Source: Tannockella kyphosi (GTDB lineage Bacteria > Bacillota_I > Bacilli_A > Erysipelotrichales > Coprobacillaceae). Taken from it: a stretch of 32,000 nt of DNA. The notes beneath the pieces were generated by a model. It was not told the DNA's origin, made no database searches, and saw only the letters and a list, made by a program, of their open reading frames with translations. Positions 1 to 8,177 of the stretch are shown in pieces (position 1 is the stretch's first letter; every line of letters begins with the position of its first letter). The translations under genes were made by a program, and so were the position numbers. The stretch covers positions 2,228,891 through 2,260,890 of the forward strand of contig NZ_CP088239.1 in assembly GCF_021054785.1 (NCBI RefSeq), written 5' to 3'.

Positions 1-387
1 TCTATTTGTTCAGATAAATTTGGTGTTGATGGAGATATTAAAGAATGCGGTGCAGATGTACCAGCAGGATATATGGGATTAGATATTGGTCCTAAATCTA
101 TTGAATTATTCAAAAAAGAATTAGAAGGTGCTAAAACTGTAATTTGGAATGGACCAATGGGTGTATTCGAAATGGAACCTTTTGCAAAAGGTACTGTAGC
201 AGTATGTGAAGCATTAGCGAACTTAGAAGGTGCAAATACGATTATCGGTGGTGGAGATAGCGCTGCTGCAGTAATGCAACTTGGATATGCTGATAAAGTT
301 TCTCACATCTCAACTGGTGGTGGAGCTTCATTAGAATATATGGAAGGGAAAACTCTTCCAGGTATCGCAGCTATTAATGACAAATAA
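1..387 (+). CDS. pgk: phosphoglycerate kinase, C-terminal fragment (5' end outside window)
   Basis: Frame 1 is open from base 1. The translated tail ([45 protein letters not shown]) is the conserved PGK C-terminal domain. The stop is TAA at 385-387, and tpiA follows 18 nt later as in glycolytic operons. Confidence 0.9.
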   Translation, partial: SICSDKFGVDGDIKECGADVPAGYMGLDIGPKSIELFKKELEGAKTVIWNGPMGVFEMEPFAKGTVAVCEALANLEGANTIIGGGDSAAAVMQLGYADKVSHISTGGGASLEYMEGKTLPGIAAINDK

Positions 388-405
388 TAACTAAGGGGAA
401 AGAAT

Positions 406-1149
406 ATGAGAAAACCAATCATTGTAGGAAATTGGAAAATGAATAAAACTATTGCTGAAACAAAAGCTTTTGTTGAAGCAGTAGATAGTAGTGTTAGCGA
501 TAGTGCAGATTGGGGTATTGCTACTCCATATTTAGCATTACAAACTGCTAAATCTTTAGCTAGTAACTTAATTGTTGCTGCTGAAAACTGTCACTTCGAA
601 GAAAGTGGAGCTTTCACAGGAGAAATCAGTACTTCTATGTTAAAAGAAATCGGTGTGGAATGGGTAATCTTAGGACACTCTGAAAGAAGACAATATTTTG
701 GAGAAACAAATGCTACTGTTAATGCAAAAACATTAAAAGTATTAGATGCTGGAATGACTCCAATTGTATGTGTTGGTGAAACATTAGAAGAATACGAAGC
801 TGGAAGCACAAAAGATGTTTGTAAAACTCAAACAGTTGCTGCTTTCAAAGATGTATGTCCTAAATGTATCGAAAAAGTTGTTATTGCTTATGAACCAGTA
901 TGGGCAATCGGAACTGGTAAAACAGCTACGAATGAAATCGCTCAAGATGTATGTGCATACATCCGTGGTGTAGTTGCTGAATTATATGGTCAAGAAGCAG
1001 CTGATAAAGTAAGAATTCAATATGGTGGATCTGTAAAACCAGAAGGATTAAAAACTTTATTAGAACAACCAGATATTGATGGTGCTTTAGTTGGTGGAGC
1101 TTCTTTATTAGAAGATTCATACATTGCAATGATCGAAAACTTAGGTTAA
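406..1149 (+). CDS. tpiA: triose-phosphate isomerase
   Basis: 247 aa with the TIM hallmarks GNWKMN, ILGHSERR, AYEPVWAIGTG and YGGSV. There is an RBS-like AAGGGGAAAG 6-8 nt upstream. Confidence 0.95.
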   Translation: MRKPIIVGNWKMNKTIAETKAFVEAVDSSVSDSADWGIATPYLALQTAKSLASNLIVAAENCHFEESGAFTGEISTSMLKEIGVEWVILGHSERRQYFGETNATVNAKTLKVLDAGMTPIVCVGETLEEYEAGSTKDVCKTQTVAAFKDVCPKCIEKVVIAYEPVWAIGTGKTATNEIAQDVCAYIRGVVAELYGQEAADKVRIQYGGSVKPEGLKTLLEQPDIDGALVGGASLLEDSYIAMIENLG

Positions 1150-1159
1150 GAAACAATTA

Positions 1160-1202
1160 GAAGGTAGTAAGAGAATTCATTCTCTTATCACCTTCTTTTT
1201 TT
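1160..1202 (+). terminator. rho-independent terminator after tpiA
   Basis: About 16-bp stem (1160-1176 pairs with 1179-1195, one mismatch and one G-U) followed by 7 T (1196-1202). Confidence 0.75.
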
Positions 1203-1236
1203 GTGTTTTAAGGGAATATTTTTTTAAAAAAAAGTA

Positions 1237-1264
1237 TTGCATTTCTTACAATTTGTTGTATACT
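1237..1264 (+). promoter_or_regulatory. candidate sigma-A promoter for the rplK-rplA operon
   Basis: TTGCAT (1237-1242), 16-bp spacer, TATACT (1259-1264). It lies just after the tpiA terminator and about 105 nt before rplK. Confidence 0.4.
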
Positions 1265-1307
1265 AGTTAATTGACACGGTATGTGTTAAATAAATTTGTT
1301 ACTATGC

Positions 1308-1335
1308 GTGGAAGGTTTTACAACCGCTTGACCAC
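1308..1335 (+). promoter_or_regulatory. candidate L1-binding mRNA mimic, copy 1 (rplK leader)
   Basis: GTGGAAGG-N8-CCGCTTGACCAC. The outer GTGG/CCAC and inner GG/CC can pair, leaving an asymmetric loop. The same motif recurs before rplA at 1822-1847. Confidence 0.45.
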
Positions 1336-1370
1336 AGCACGGACAAAAATTTTATAAGGAGGAATGTCAC

Positions 1371-1793
1371 GTGAGTAAAAAAGTTGCAAGAATTATGAAA
1401 ATTCAATTCCCAGCTGGAGGAGCTAAACCAGGTCCTGCATTAGCTGGAGCAGGGATTCAAATGCCTAAATTCTGTACTGCTTTCAATGATCAAACAAGAG
1501 ATCGTATGGGTGAAACTGTACCTGTAGTGTTAACAGTATATGAAGATAAGAACTTTGAATTTGTATTAAAAACTGCGCCTTGTGCGGAAGTTATTAAAAA
1601 AGCTTGTGGAATTAAAAAAGGAGCAAGCAATAGTGGAGCAGCAACAGTTGCTACATTATCAGCGGCTAAGTTAAAAGAAATCGCTGAATACAAAATGCCT
1701 GATTTAAATGCAAATGATATCGATGCTGCAATGAAAATTGTTGCTGGTACAGCTCGTAATATGGGTGTTAGTGTAGAAGGTTTCGACGCTTAA
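1371..1793 (+). CDS. rplK: 50S ribosomal protein L11
   Basis: GTG start 7 nt after AAGGAGG (1357-1363). 140 aa with L11 motifs (KIQFPAGGAKPG, VYEDKNFEFVLKT, MPDLNANDIDAAMKIVAGTARNMG). It sits immediately upstream of rplA. Confidence 0.92.
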   Translation: MSKKVARIMKIQFPAGGAKPGPALAGAGIQMPKFCTAFNDQTRDRMGETVPVVLTVYEDKNFEFVLKTAPCAEVIKKACGIKKGASNSGAATVATLSAAKLKEIAEYKMPDLNANDIDAAMKIVAGTARNMGVSVEGFDA

Positions 1794-1821
1794 TTTTAAA
1801 AAAAATAGAGAATCGTCATTT

Positions 1822-1847
1822 GTGGAAGGATTATTCCGCTTGACCAC
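1822..1847 (+). promoter_or_regulatory. candidate L1-binding mRNA mimic, copy 2 (abuts the rplA RBS)
   Basis: GTGGAAGG-N6-CCGCTTGACCAC ends 1 nt before the TAAGGAGG Shine-Dalgarno of rplA. 20 of 20 flanking-arm positions are identical to copy 1. Confidence 0.5.
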
Positions 1848-1864
1848 TAAGGAGGAAAAATAAA

Positions 1865-2545
1865 ATGGCTAAAAAAAGTAAAAGATATTTAGCAGCTGCC
1901 GAGTTAATTGATGCTACTAATGCATATTCAATTGAAGAAGCTGTTGCTTTAGTTAAGAAAACAAGTACTACTAAATTTGATGCTAGTGTTGATGTTGCTT
2001 TCCGTTTAGGATTAAATACAAAACATGCTGATCAACAATTAAGAGGTGCTTTAGTATTACCACATGGTACAGGTAAATCTAAAAAGGTTTTAGTTGTAAC
2101 AGAAGGTGCAAAAGCTGCTGAAGCTACTGCTGCTGGTGCAGATGTAGTTGGTGGTAAAGAAATTTTAGAAGACATCAAAAAAGGATGGTTAGATTTTGAA
2201 GTAATGATCGCTACTCCAGATATGATGGCTGAATTAGGGAAATTAGGACGTATTCTTGGACCTAAAGGTTTAATGCCAAACCCTAAAACTGGAACTGTAA
2301 CTATGGATGTTGCTAAAGCTGTTGCTGAAACAAAAGCTGGTAAAGTAACTTATAGAACAGATAAAGAAGGAAATATTCATTTAACTATTGGACGTGCTTC
2401 ATTTGAAGATGCCAAATTAGTAGAAAACTTCCAAACTGTATATGATTTATTAGTAAAAATCAAACCATCTACAGCAAAAGGTGTTTATATGAAAAACGTT
2501 GTGATCACATCTTCAATGGGACCAAGCGTAAAAGTAGCTGCTTAA
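1865..2545 (+). CDS. rplA: 50S ribosomal protein L1
   Basis: 226 aa. Has the typical L1 N-terminus MAKKSKRYL plus [19 protein letters not shown] and [14 protein letters not shown]. Confidence 0.95.
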   Translation: MAKKSKRYLAAAELIDATNAYSIEEAVALVKKTSTTKFDASVDVAFRLGLNTKHADQQLRGALVLPHGTGKSKKVLVVTEGAKAAEATAAGADVVGGKEILEDIKKGWLDFEVMIATPDMMAELGKLGRILGPKGLMPNPKTGTVTMDVAKAVAETKAGKVTYRTDKEGNIHLTIGRASFEDAKLVENFQTVYDLLVKIKPSTAKGVYMKNVVITSSMGPSVKVAA

Positions 2546-2713
2546 TTAGTAGCAATATTATTGGAGCAATCAATATACCCTAGACAGTAACTGGGAAACC
2601 TTAATTTGTTACCGAGGTGTTAAATCGTATAGAAATATATTATCTTGAACTATTTAATAGTTTTATAGCGAGTATATTGTTGCATATATAAAAATAAAAT
2701 AGGAGGTGTAACA
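2546..2713 (+). promoter_or_regulatory. rplJ 5' leader (candidate L10 leader / autoregulatory region)
   Basis: A 168-nt untranslated gap between rplA and rplJ, in the position where Firmicutes carry the L10(L12)4-responsive leader. It contains hairpins such as GTAAC-N16-GTTAC. I could not match it to a covariance model by eye. Confidence 0.3.
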
Positions 2714-3244
2714 ATGTCAGTAGAAGCAATTAGTTTAAAAGCGGAAGTCGTTACTGAAATTGCTGAAAAATTTAACAATTCTCATTCTGCAGTAGTAGTT
2801 GAGTATCGTGGATTATCAGTAGCTGATGTAACAGTATTACGTAGAGAATTACGTGCTGAAGGCGTTGAATTTAAAGTTTACAAAAACAAACTTATGCAAA
2901 GAGCTGCAGAACAAGTTGGTTATGAAGCTTTAAACGATCAATTAGTTGGTCCTAACGCAATCGCATTCGGAAACGATGATGCTGTAGCTCCTGCCAGAAT
3001 CTTAGCGAATTTCGCAAAAGATCACGAAGCTTTAATTATTAAAGCTGGTGTTATGGAAGGAAAAGTATTATCAAGCGATGAAGTAAAAGAAATTTCTAGC
3101 TTACCAGGTAGAGATGGAATGTACTCTATGTTACTTGCAATGATGAAAGAACCAGTTGCAAAAGTTGCTAGAGTTATTAATGCTGTTGCAGAAAACAAAC
3201 CTGCAGACGGTACAGTTGTAGAAACAACAGAAGAAGCTGCTTAA
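2714..3244 (+). CDS. rplJ: 50S ribosomal protein L10
   Basis: 176 aa. AGGAGGTG RBS. L10-like sequence (VVVEYRGLSVADVTVLRRELR, FKVYKNKL). Positioned between rplA and rplL. Confidence 0.93.
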   Translation: MSVEAISLKAEVVTEIAEKFNNSHSAVVVEYRGLSVADVTVLRRELRAEGVEFKVYKNKLMQRAAEQVGYEALNDQLVGPNAIAFGNDDAVAPARILANFAKDHEALIIKAGVMEGKVLSSDEVKEISSLPGRDGMYSMLLAMMKEPVAKVARVINAVAENKPADGTVVETTEEAA

Positions 3245-3282
3245 AAGCAAGCAAAAAAGAAAATTAATGGAGGAAAAACAAA

Positions 3283-3651
3283 ATGGCAAAATTAACACAT
3301 GAAGATATTTTAGCATATTTAGAAGAATCAACAATCTTAGAATTAAATGAATTAGTGAAAGCAATCGAAGAAAAATTCGATGTAACTGCTGCTGCACCAG
3401 TTGCTGTAGCTGCTGCTGATACAGGAGCTGCTGCTGGACCTACTGAAGTAACTGTTACTTTAACAGAAGCTGGAGCAACTAAAGTTGCTGTAATCAAAGC
3501 AGTTAGAGAAATCACTGGTTTAGGTTTAGTAGATGCAAAAGGTATCGTTGATAAAGCACCAAGTGCAATCAAAGAAAACATTTCACCAGAATTAGCTGCT
3601 GAAATCAAAGAAAAATTAGAAGCTGCTGGAGCTTCAGTAGAAGTTAAATAA
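3283..3651 (+). CDS. rplL: 50S ribosomal protein L7/L12
   Basis: 122 aa with an Ala-rich hinge and the conserved C-terminal domain ([38 protein letters not shown]). Confidence 0.96.
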   Translation: MAKLTHEDILAYLEESTILELNELVKAIEEKFDVTAAAPVAVAAADTGAAAGPTEVTVTLTEAGATKVAVIKAVREITGLGLVDAKGIVDKAPSAIKENISPELAAEIKEKLEAAGASVEVK

Positions 3652-3662
3652 TTTTAACTCTT

Positions 3663-3689
3663 AAAAGAGGTCTTAGACCTCTTTTTTTT
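3663..3689 (+). terminator. rho-independent terminator after rplL
   Basis: AAAAGAGGTC-TTA-GACCTCTTTT stem-loop followed by a T run extending to 3689. Confidence 0.8.
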
Positions 3690-3734
3690 CTAACTTGAAA
3701 AAGGTATAATATCTTTGTAAAAAGGAGGTAAACA

Positions 3735-4337
3735 ATGAAACATTACTATACAGATAATACAGACCTAGAAAGTAAACCTACAAGTTTTACTTTCCAATAT
3801 AAGGATAAAGAAATAAAATTTACTAGTGATATTGGTGTTTTTTCTAAAACAATGATTGATTATGGTTCAAGAGTCTTATTAGATGCTTTTGAATTAAAAA
3901 ATGAGAATGCTAGTATATTAGATGTTGGTTGTGGCTATGGAACATTTGGTATTAGTTTAAAAGTATTATATCCACAACTAACTGTTACGATGGTGGATGT
4001 TAATGATCGGGCTTTATCTTTATGCCAAAACAATGCAATTGATAATGATGTTCAAGCAACCATTTTTAAAAGTTTTATTTATCAAGAAGTAACGAATAGT
4101 TATGACTATATTTTAACCAATCCACCAATTCGTGCTGGTAAAGAAGTAGTTCATGAGATATTAGAAAAATCAATAAACCATTTAAATGAGGATGGAGAAC
4201 TTTGGGTAGTTATTCAAAAGAAACAAGGAGCACCATCAGCTATGAAGAAAATGGAAGAAGTATTTGGTAATTGTAAAATAATTAAAAAAGATAAAGGATA
4301 TAACATACTATGTTCTAAAAAAAGCAGTAATATGTAA
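3735..4337 (+). CDS. class I SAM-dependent methyltransferase, RsmC/RlmG-like small MTase domain (B. subtilis YbxB-like)
   Basis: 200 aa. Motif I is LDVGCGYGTFG and motif IV is LTNPPIRAGK (NPPx type, typical of m2G/N-methyltransferases). It occupies the same slot between rplL and rpoB as ybxB in Bacillus. Confidence 0.8.
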   Translation: MKHYYTDNTDLESKPTSFTFQYKDKEIKFTSDIGVFSKTMIDYGSRVLLDAFELKNENASILDVGCGYGTFGISLKVLYPQLTVTMVDVNDRALSLCQNNAIDNDVQATIFKSFIYQEVTNSYDYILTNPPIRAGKEVVHEILEKSINHLNEDGELWVVIQKKQGAPSAMKKMEEVFGNCKIIKKDKGYNILCSKKSSNM

Positions 4338-4344
4338 TAAAATG

Positions 4345-4370
4345 GTTATCTTTTGATACAAAAAGATAAC
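4345..4370 (+). terminator. AT-rich hairpin after the methyltransferase (weak terminator candidate)
   Basis: GTTATCTTTT (4345-4354) pairs perfectly with AAAAGATAAC (4361-4370). Only a short TTATT tract follows. Confidence 0.35.
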
Positions 4371-4405
4371 TTATTAAATAAACATATAATTATAACAAAA
4401 AATGA

Positions 4406-4434
4406 TTGACTATCCGCCTTGGATATGCTAGCAT
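4406..4434 (+). promoter_or_regulatory. candidate promoter for rpoBC
   Basis: TTGACT (4406-4411), 17-bp spacer ending in TGC, then TAGCAT (4429-4434), which makes it extended -10-like. Confidence 0.4.
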
Positions 4435-4515
4435 AATAAAATGCCTATCCATGTTTAAAAGCGGATTGTTTTTTGCGCCTAAAAACAAGGTTATAGAGAT
4501 TAACGAAGGGGTGAA

Positions 4516-7500
4516 TTGTTAGTGGAAAACAAAATAACAGCAGCAAAAAGTAAGATTACTCGTCGTAACTATTCAAGAATTAGTGGTTCATTAGAATTAC
4601 CTAATTTAGTAGAAATTCAAACCAACTCATATAAATGGTTTAAAGAAGAAGGAATCAAGGAAGTATTTCAGGATGTCTATCCGATTACAAACTTTAATGA
4701 GACTTTATCTTTAGAGTTTGTGGATTGTAGCTTTGATAAACCTAAGTATTCTGTAGATGAAAGTAAGGATCGAGATGCAAATTATGCAGCTCCAATTCGT
4801 GCTACTTTACGTTTAGTAAATAGTGCTACAGGAGAAATTAAAGAACAAGAAGTATTTATGGGGGATTTCCCTTTAATGACAGAATCTGGAACATTTATTA
4901 TTAATGGAGCAGAACGTGTTATCGTATCACAATTAGTTCGTTCACCAGGAGCATATTTTGCAGATGGTGTAGATAAAAGTGGGAAAACTATCTTTACTGG
5001 ATCAGTGATTCCTTCAAGAGGAACATGGTTAGAATTTGAAAATGATTCTAGAGATGTTTTAAATGTACGTATTGATCGTACTAGAAAAATACCAGCTACG
5101 GTATTATTAAGAGCGTTAGGTTTATCAAGTAATGAAGATATCATTGCTGTTTTTGGTGACCATGAATTCATTCGTAATACAATTGAAAAAGATAGTACTA
5201 CAAATACAGAAGAAGCATTAATTGAAATCTATAACAAATTAAGACCAGGGGAACCAGCTACTTTAGAAGGAGCAAATAACCTTTTATATTCTAAATTTTT
5301 TGATGCAAAACGTTATGATTTAGCAAGAGCAGGACGTTTTAAATTCGATAAAAAATTAAGTTTATATGATCGTATCAAAGGACATATCTTAGCGCAAGAT
5401 ATCAAAGATATGGAAGGGAATGTTGTTTGTACAAATGGAACACTTTTAACAAAAGAAGTGTTAGAAGACTTAAAACCAGTTTTAGCTTCTCCAGTACATA
5501 TGCAAAACGTTAGTACAAACCCTCGTTTAGAATCAACAGGAAATATTCAAGTAATTGAAGTTTATGTTGATGAAGCAATGACTAAAAAGATGAAAGTAAT
5601 TGGTACAGATTTATCTTTAGATTGTAAATTTGTAACTATTTCTGATATGTTAGCAGCATATTCATATATGTTAAATCTTGTTGATATTTTCAATTCATTT
5701 GATTTAGCAGCAGATGACCGTGTTAGTTTAATGTCACGTATTGGTTTATTAGATGATATTGATCATTTAGGAAATCGTCGTGTTCGTTCTGTTGGTGAGT
5801 TAATTCAAAACCAATTCCGTATTGGTTTATCAAGAATGGAACGTGTTGTAAAAGAAAGAATGTCTTTAACAGAAGTAGATTCTATTACACCACAATCATT
5901 AACAAATATTCGTCCTTTAACTGCAGCAATTAAAGAGTTCTTCTCTTCTTCTCAGTTATCTCAATTCATGGATCAAATTAATCCCCTTGCCGAACTTACA
6001 AATAAACGTCGTTTATCTGCATTAGGGCCAGGTGGTTTAAGTAGAGATCGTGCTGGATATGAAGTACGTGACGTGCATGCGTCTCACTACGGTCGTATCT
6101 GTCCTATTGAAACTCCAGAAGGACCAAATATCGGGTTAATTTCCACATTAGCATCTTATGCAAAAATAAATAAATATGGTTTTATTGAAACACCATATCG
6201 TAAAGTAAATAGTAGTTTAATTGATGAATCAGATATTCGTTACTTAACTGCAGATGAAGAAAAAAATTATATTATTGCCCAAGCAAATGTACGTACTAGT
6301 GAAGCTGGAGAAATCTTAGATGAACAAGTAATTGCACGTCACTTAGGTGAAAATATTATGGCAAAAAGAGAAGAATTGGATTTCATCGATATCTCACCAA
6401 AACAAATCGTTTCGGTTGCGACATCTTGTATCCCATTCCTTGAAAATGACGATGCTACTCGTGCCCTAATGGGTGCCAACATGCAACGTCAGGCTGTCCC
6501 ATTATTAAAACCACATACTCCTTTTGTAGGAACTGGAATGGAGCATCAAGCTGCTCGTGATTCAGGTGCTGCAGTAGTAAGTAGAGCGGATGGGGTTATA
6601 TCTTATGTAGATGCTAGAAAAATCTCAATTCGTAATGAAGATGGTGAACATAGTTATCGTTTAGCGAAATTTATGATTTCAAATGCCGGTACATGTATTA
6701 ACCAAACTCCAATTGTAAAAGTAGGAGAAAAAGTATTAAAAGGTCAAGTGCTAGCAGATGGTCCAGCAATGGAACAAGGTGAATTAGCGTTAGGACAAAA
6801 CGTATTAGTAGGATTCATGACATGGAATGGTTATAACTATGAAGATGCCATTATTATGTCTGAAAGATTAGTAAAAGATGATGTTTATACATCTATTCAT
6901 ATTGACGAATATTCTATTGAATGTCGTGAAACAAAATTAGGACCTGAAGAGATTACTCGTGACATCCCTAACGTAGGTGATGAAGCTCGTAGAAACTTAA
7001 ATCGTGAAGGTATCATTATGATTGGTGCTGAAGTGAAAGAAGGAGATATCTTAGTAGGGAAAGTTACACCAAAAGGACAAGCGGAATTATCAGCAGAAGA
7101 AAGATTATTATTAGCTATCTTTGGTGAGAAATCTCGTGAAGTAAAAGATAATTCATTACGTGTACCACATGGTGGGGCCGGTATTATCCATGATATTAAA
7201 GTTTTCTCTAGAAAAAATGGAGATGAATTACAACCAGGTGTTAACAAAGTAGTAAAAGTATATATCGTTCAAAAACGTAAAATCTCTGAAGGAGATAAAA
7301 TGGCAGGACGTCATGGTAATAAAGGGGTAATCTCTAAAATCTTACCAATTGAAGATATGCCTCATTTAGAAGATGGAACTCCTTTAGATATCATGCTTAA
7401 CCCATTAGGGGTACCTTCTCGTATGAATATCGGACAGGTATTAGAATTACATTTAGGTTATGCTGCAAAAGAATTAGGTTTATATATTGCAACTCCTGCA

Positions 7501-8166
7501 TTTGATGGGTTATATAGAAGTGACTTAGAAGCAATCATGGTAGAAGCTGGAATGACAAAAGACGGAAAACAAACAGTAGTTGATGGACGTACTGGAGAAT
7601 TATTTGATTCTAAGATTTCTGTTGGTATCATGTATATGATTAAGTTAGCCCACATGGTTGATGATAAATTACATGCTCGTTCAGTAGGACCTTACTCTTT
7701 AGTAACGCAACAACCATTAGGTGGTAAAGCGCAAAATGGTGGACAAAGATTTGGGGAAATGGAAGTTTGGGCATTAGAAGCATATGGTGCTGCTTATACA
7801 TTACGTGAAATCTTAACAGTAAAATCAGATGACGTTGTAGGACGTGTCAAAACATATGAAGCTATTGTAAAAGGACAACCTTTACCAGAACCAGGATTAC
7901 CGGAATCATTTAGAGTATTGAAAAAAGAATTACAAGCATTAGCGTTAGATATTCGTTTATTAGATGAATTTGATAATGAAATTGATATGCGTAATATAGA
8001 AGAAGAAGAAAGACGCTTCCCTATCTCCATTGAAAAAGAGGAAGTAGTACAACCTGTAGTAGAAGAAACTTTCGAAGAAGACCTTGATTTAGAAGATGAA
8101 GGGGAAGAAGATTTTGATGATACAGGATTTGAGTTACTTGATGAAATGATTGATAGTGAAGACTAG
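4516..8166 (+). CDS. rpoB: DNA-directed RNA polymerase subunit beta
   Basis: 1216 aa, TTG start (GTG at 4522 is an alternative). Has all beta hallmarks: rif cluster [62 protein letters not shown] and [20 protein letters not shown]. Confidence 0.98.
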   Translation: MLVENKITAAKSKITRRNYSRISGSLELPNLVEIQTNSYKWFKEEGIKEVFQDVYPITNFNETLSLEFVDCSFDKPKYSVDESKDRDANYAAPIRATLRLVNSATGEIKEQEVFMGDFPLMTESGTFIINGAERVIVSQLVRSPGAYFADGVDKSGKTIFTGSVIPSRGTWLEFENDSRDVLNVRIDRTRKIPATVLLRALGLSSNEDIIAVFGDHEFIRNTIEKDSTTNTEEALIEIYNKLRPGEPATLEGANNLLYSKFFDAKRYDLARAGRFKFDKKLSLYDRIKGHILAQDIKDMEGNVVCTNGTLLTKEVLEDLKPVLASPVHMQNVSTNPRLESTGNIQVIEVYVDEAMTKKMKVIGTDLSLDCKFVTISDMLAAYSYMLNLVDIFNSFDLAADDRVSLMSRIGLLDDIDHLGNRRVRSVGELIQNQFRIGLSRMERVVKERMSLTEVDSITPQSLTNIRPLTAAIKEFFSSSQLSQFMDQINPLAELTNKRRLSALGPGGLSRDRAGYEVRDVHASHYGRICPIETPEGPNIGLISTLASYAKINKYGFIETPYRKVNSSLIDESDIRYLTADEEKNYIIAQANVRTSEAGEILDEQVIARHLGENIMAKREELDFIDISPKQIVSVATSCIPFLENDDATRALMGANMQRQAVPLLKPHTPFVGTGMEHQAARDSGAAVVSRADGVISYVDARKISIRNEDGEHSYRLAKFMISNAGTCINQTPIVKVGEKVLKGQVLADGPAMEQGELALGQNVLVGFMTWNGYNYEDAIIMSERLVKDDVYTSIHIDEYSIECRETKLGPEEITRDIPNVGDEARRNLNREGIIMIGAEVKEGDILVGKVTPKGQAELSAEERLLLAIFGEKSREVKDNSLRVPHGGAGIIHDIKVFSRKNGDELQPGVNKVVKVYIVQKRKISEGDKMAGRHGNKGVISKILPIEDMPHLEDGTPLDIMLNPLGVPSRMNIGQVLELHLGYAAKELGLYIATPAFDGLYRSDLEAIMVEAGMTKDGKQTVVDGRTGELFDSKISVGIMYMIKLAHMVDDKLHARSVGPYSLVTQQPLGGKAQNGGQRFGEMEVWALEAYGAAYTLREILTVKSDDVVGRVKTYEAIVKGQPLPEPGLPESFRVLKKELQALALDIRLLDEFDNEIDMRNIEEEERRFPISIEKEEVVQPVVEETFEEDLDLEDEGEEDFDDTGFELLDEMIDSED

Positions 8167-8177
8167 GAGGAAAGAAT

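Noticed and set aside
3691-3710. A promoter for the methyltransferase gene (TTGAAA at 3695-3700 and TATAAT at 3705-3710).
   Set aside because: The two hexamers are only 4 bp apart, and the properly spaced -35 position falls in the terminator T run. The gene may depend on read-through or a -10-only promoter, so no promoter is called.
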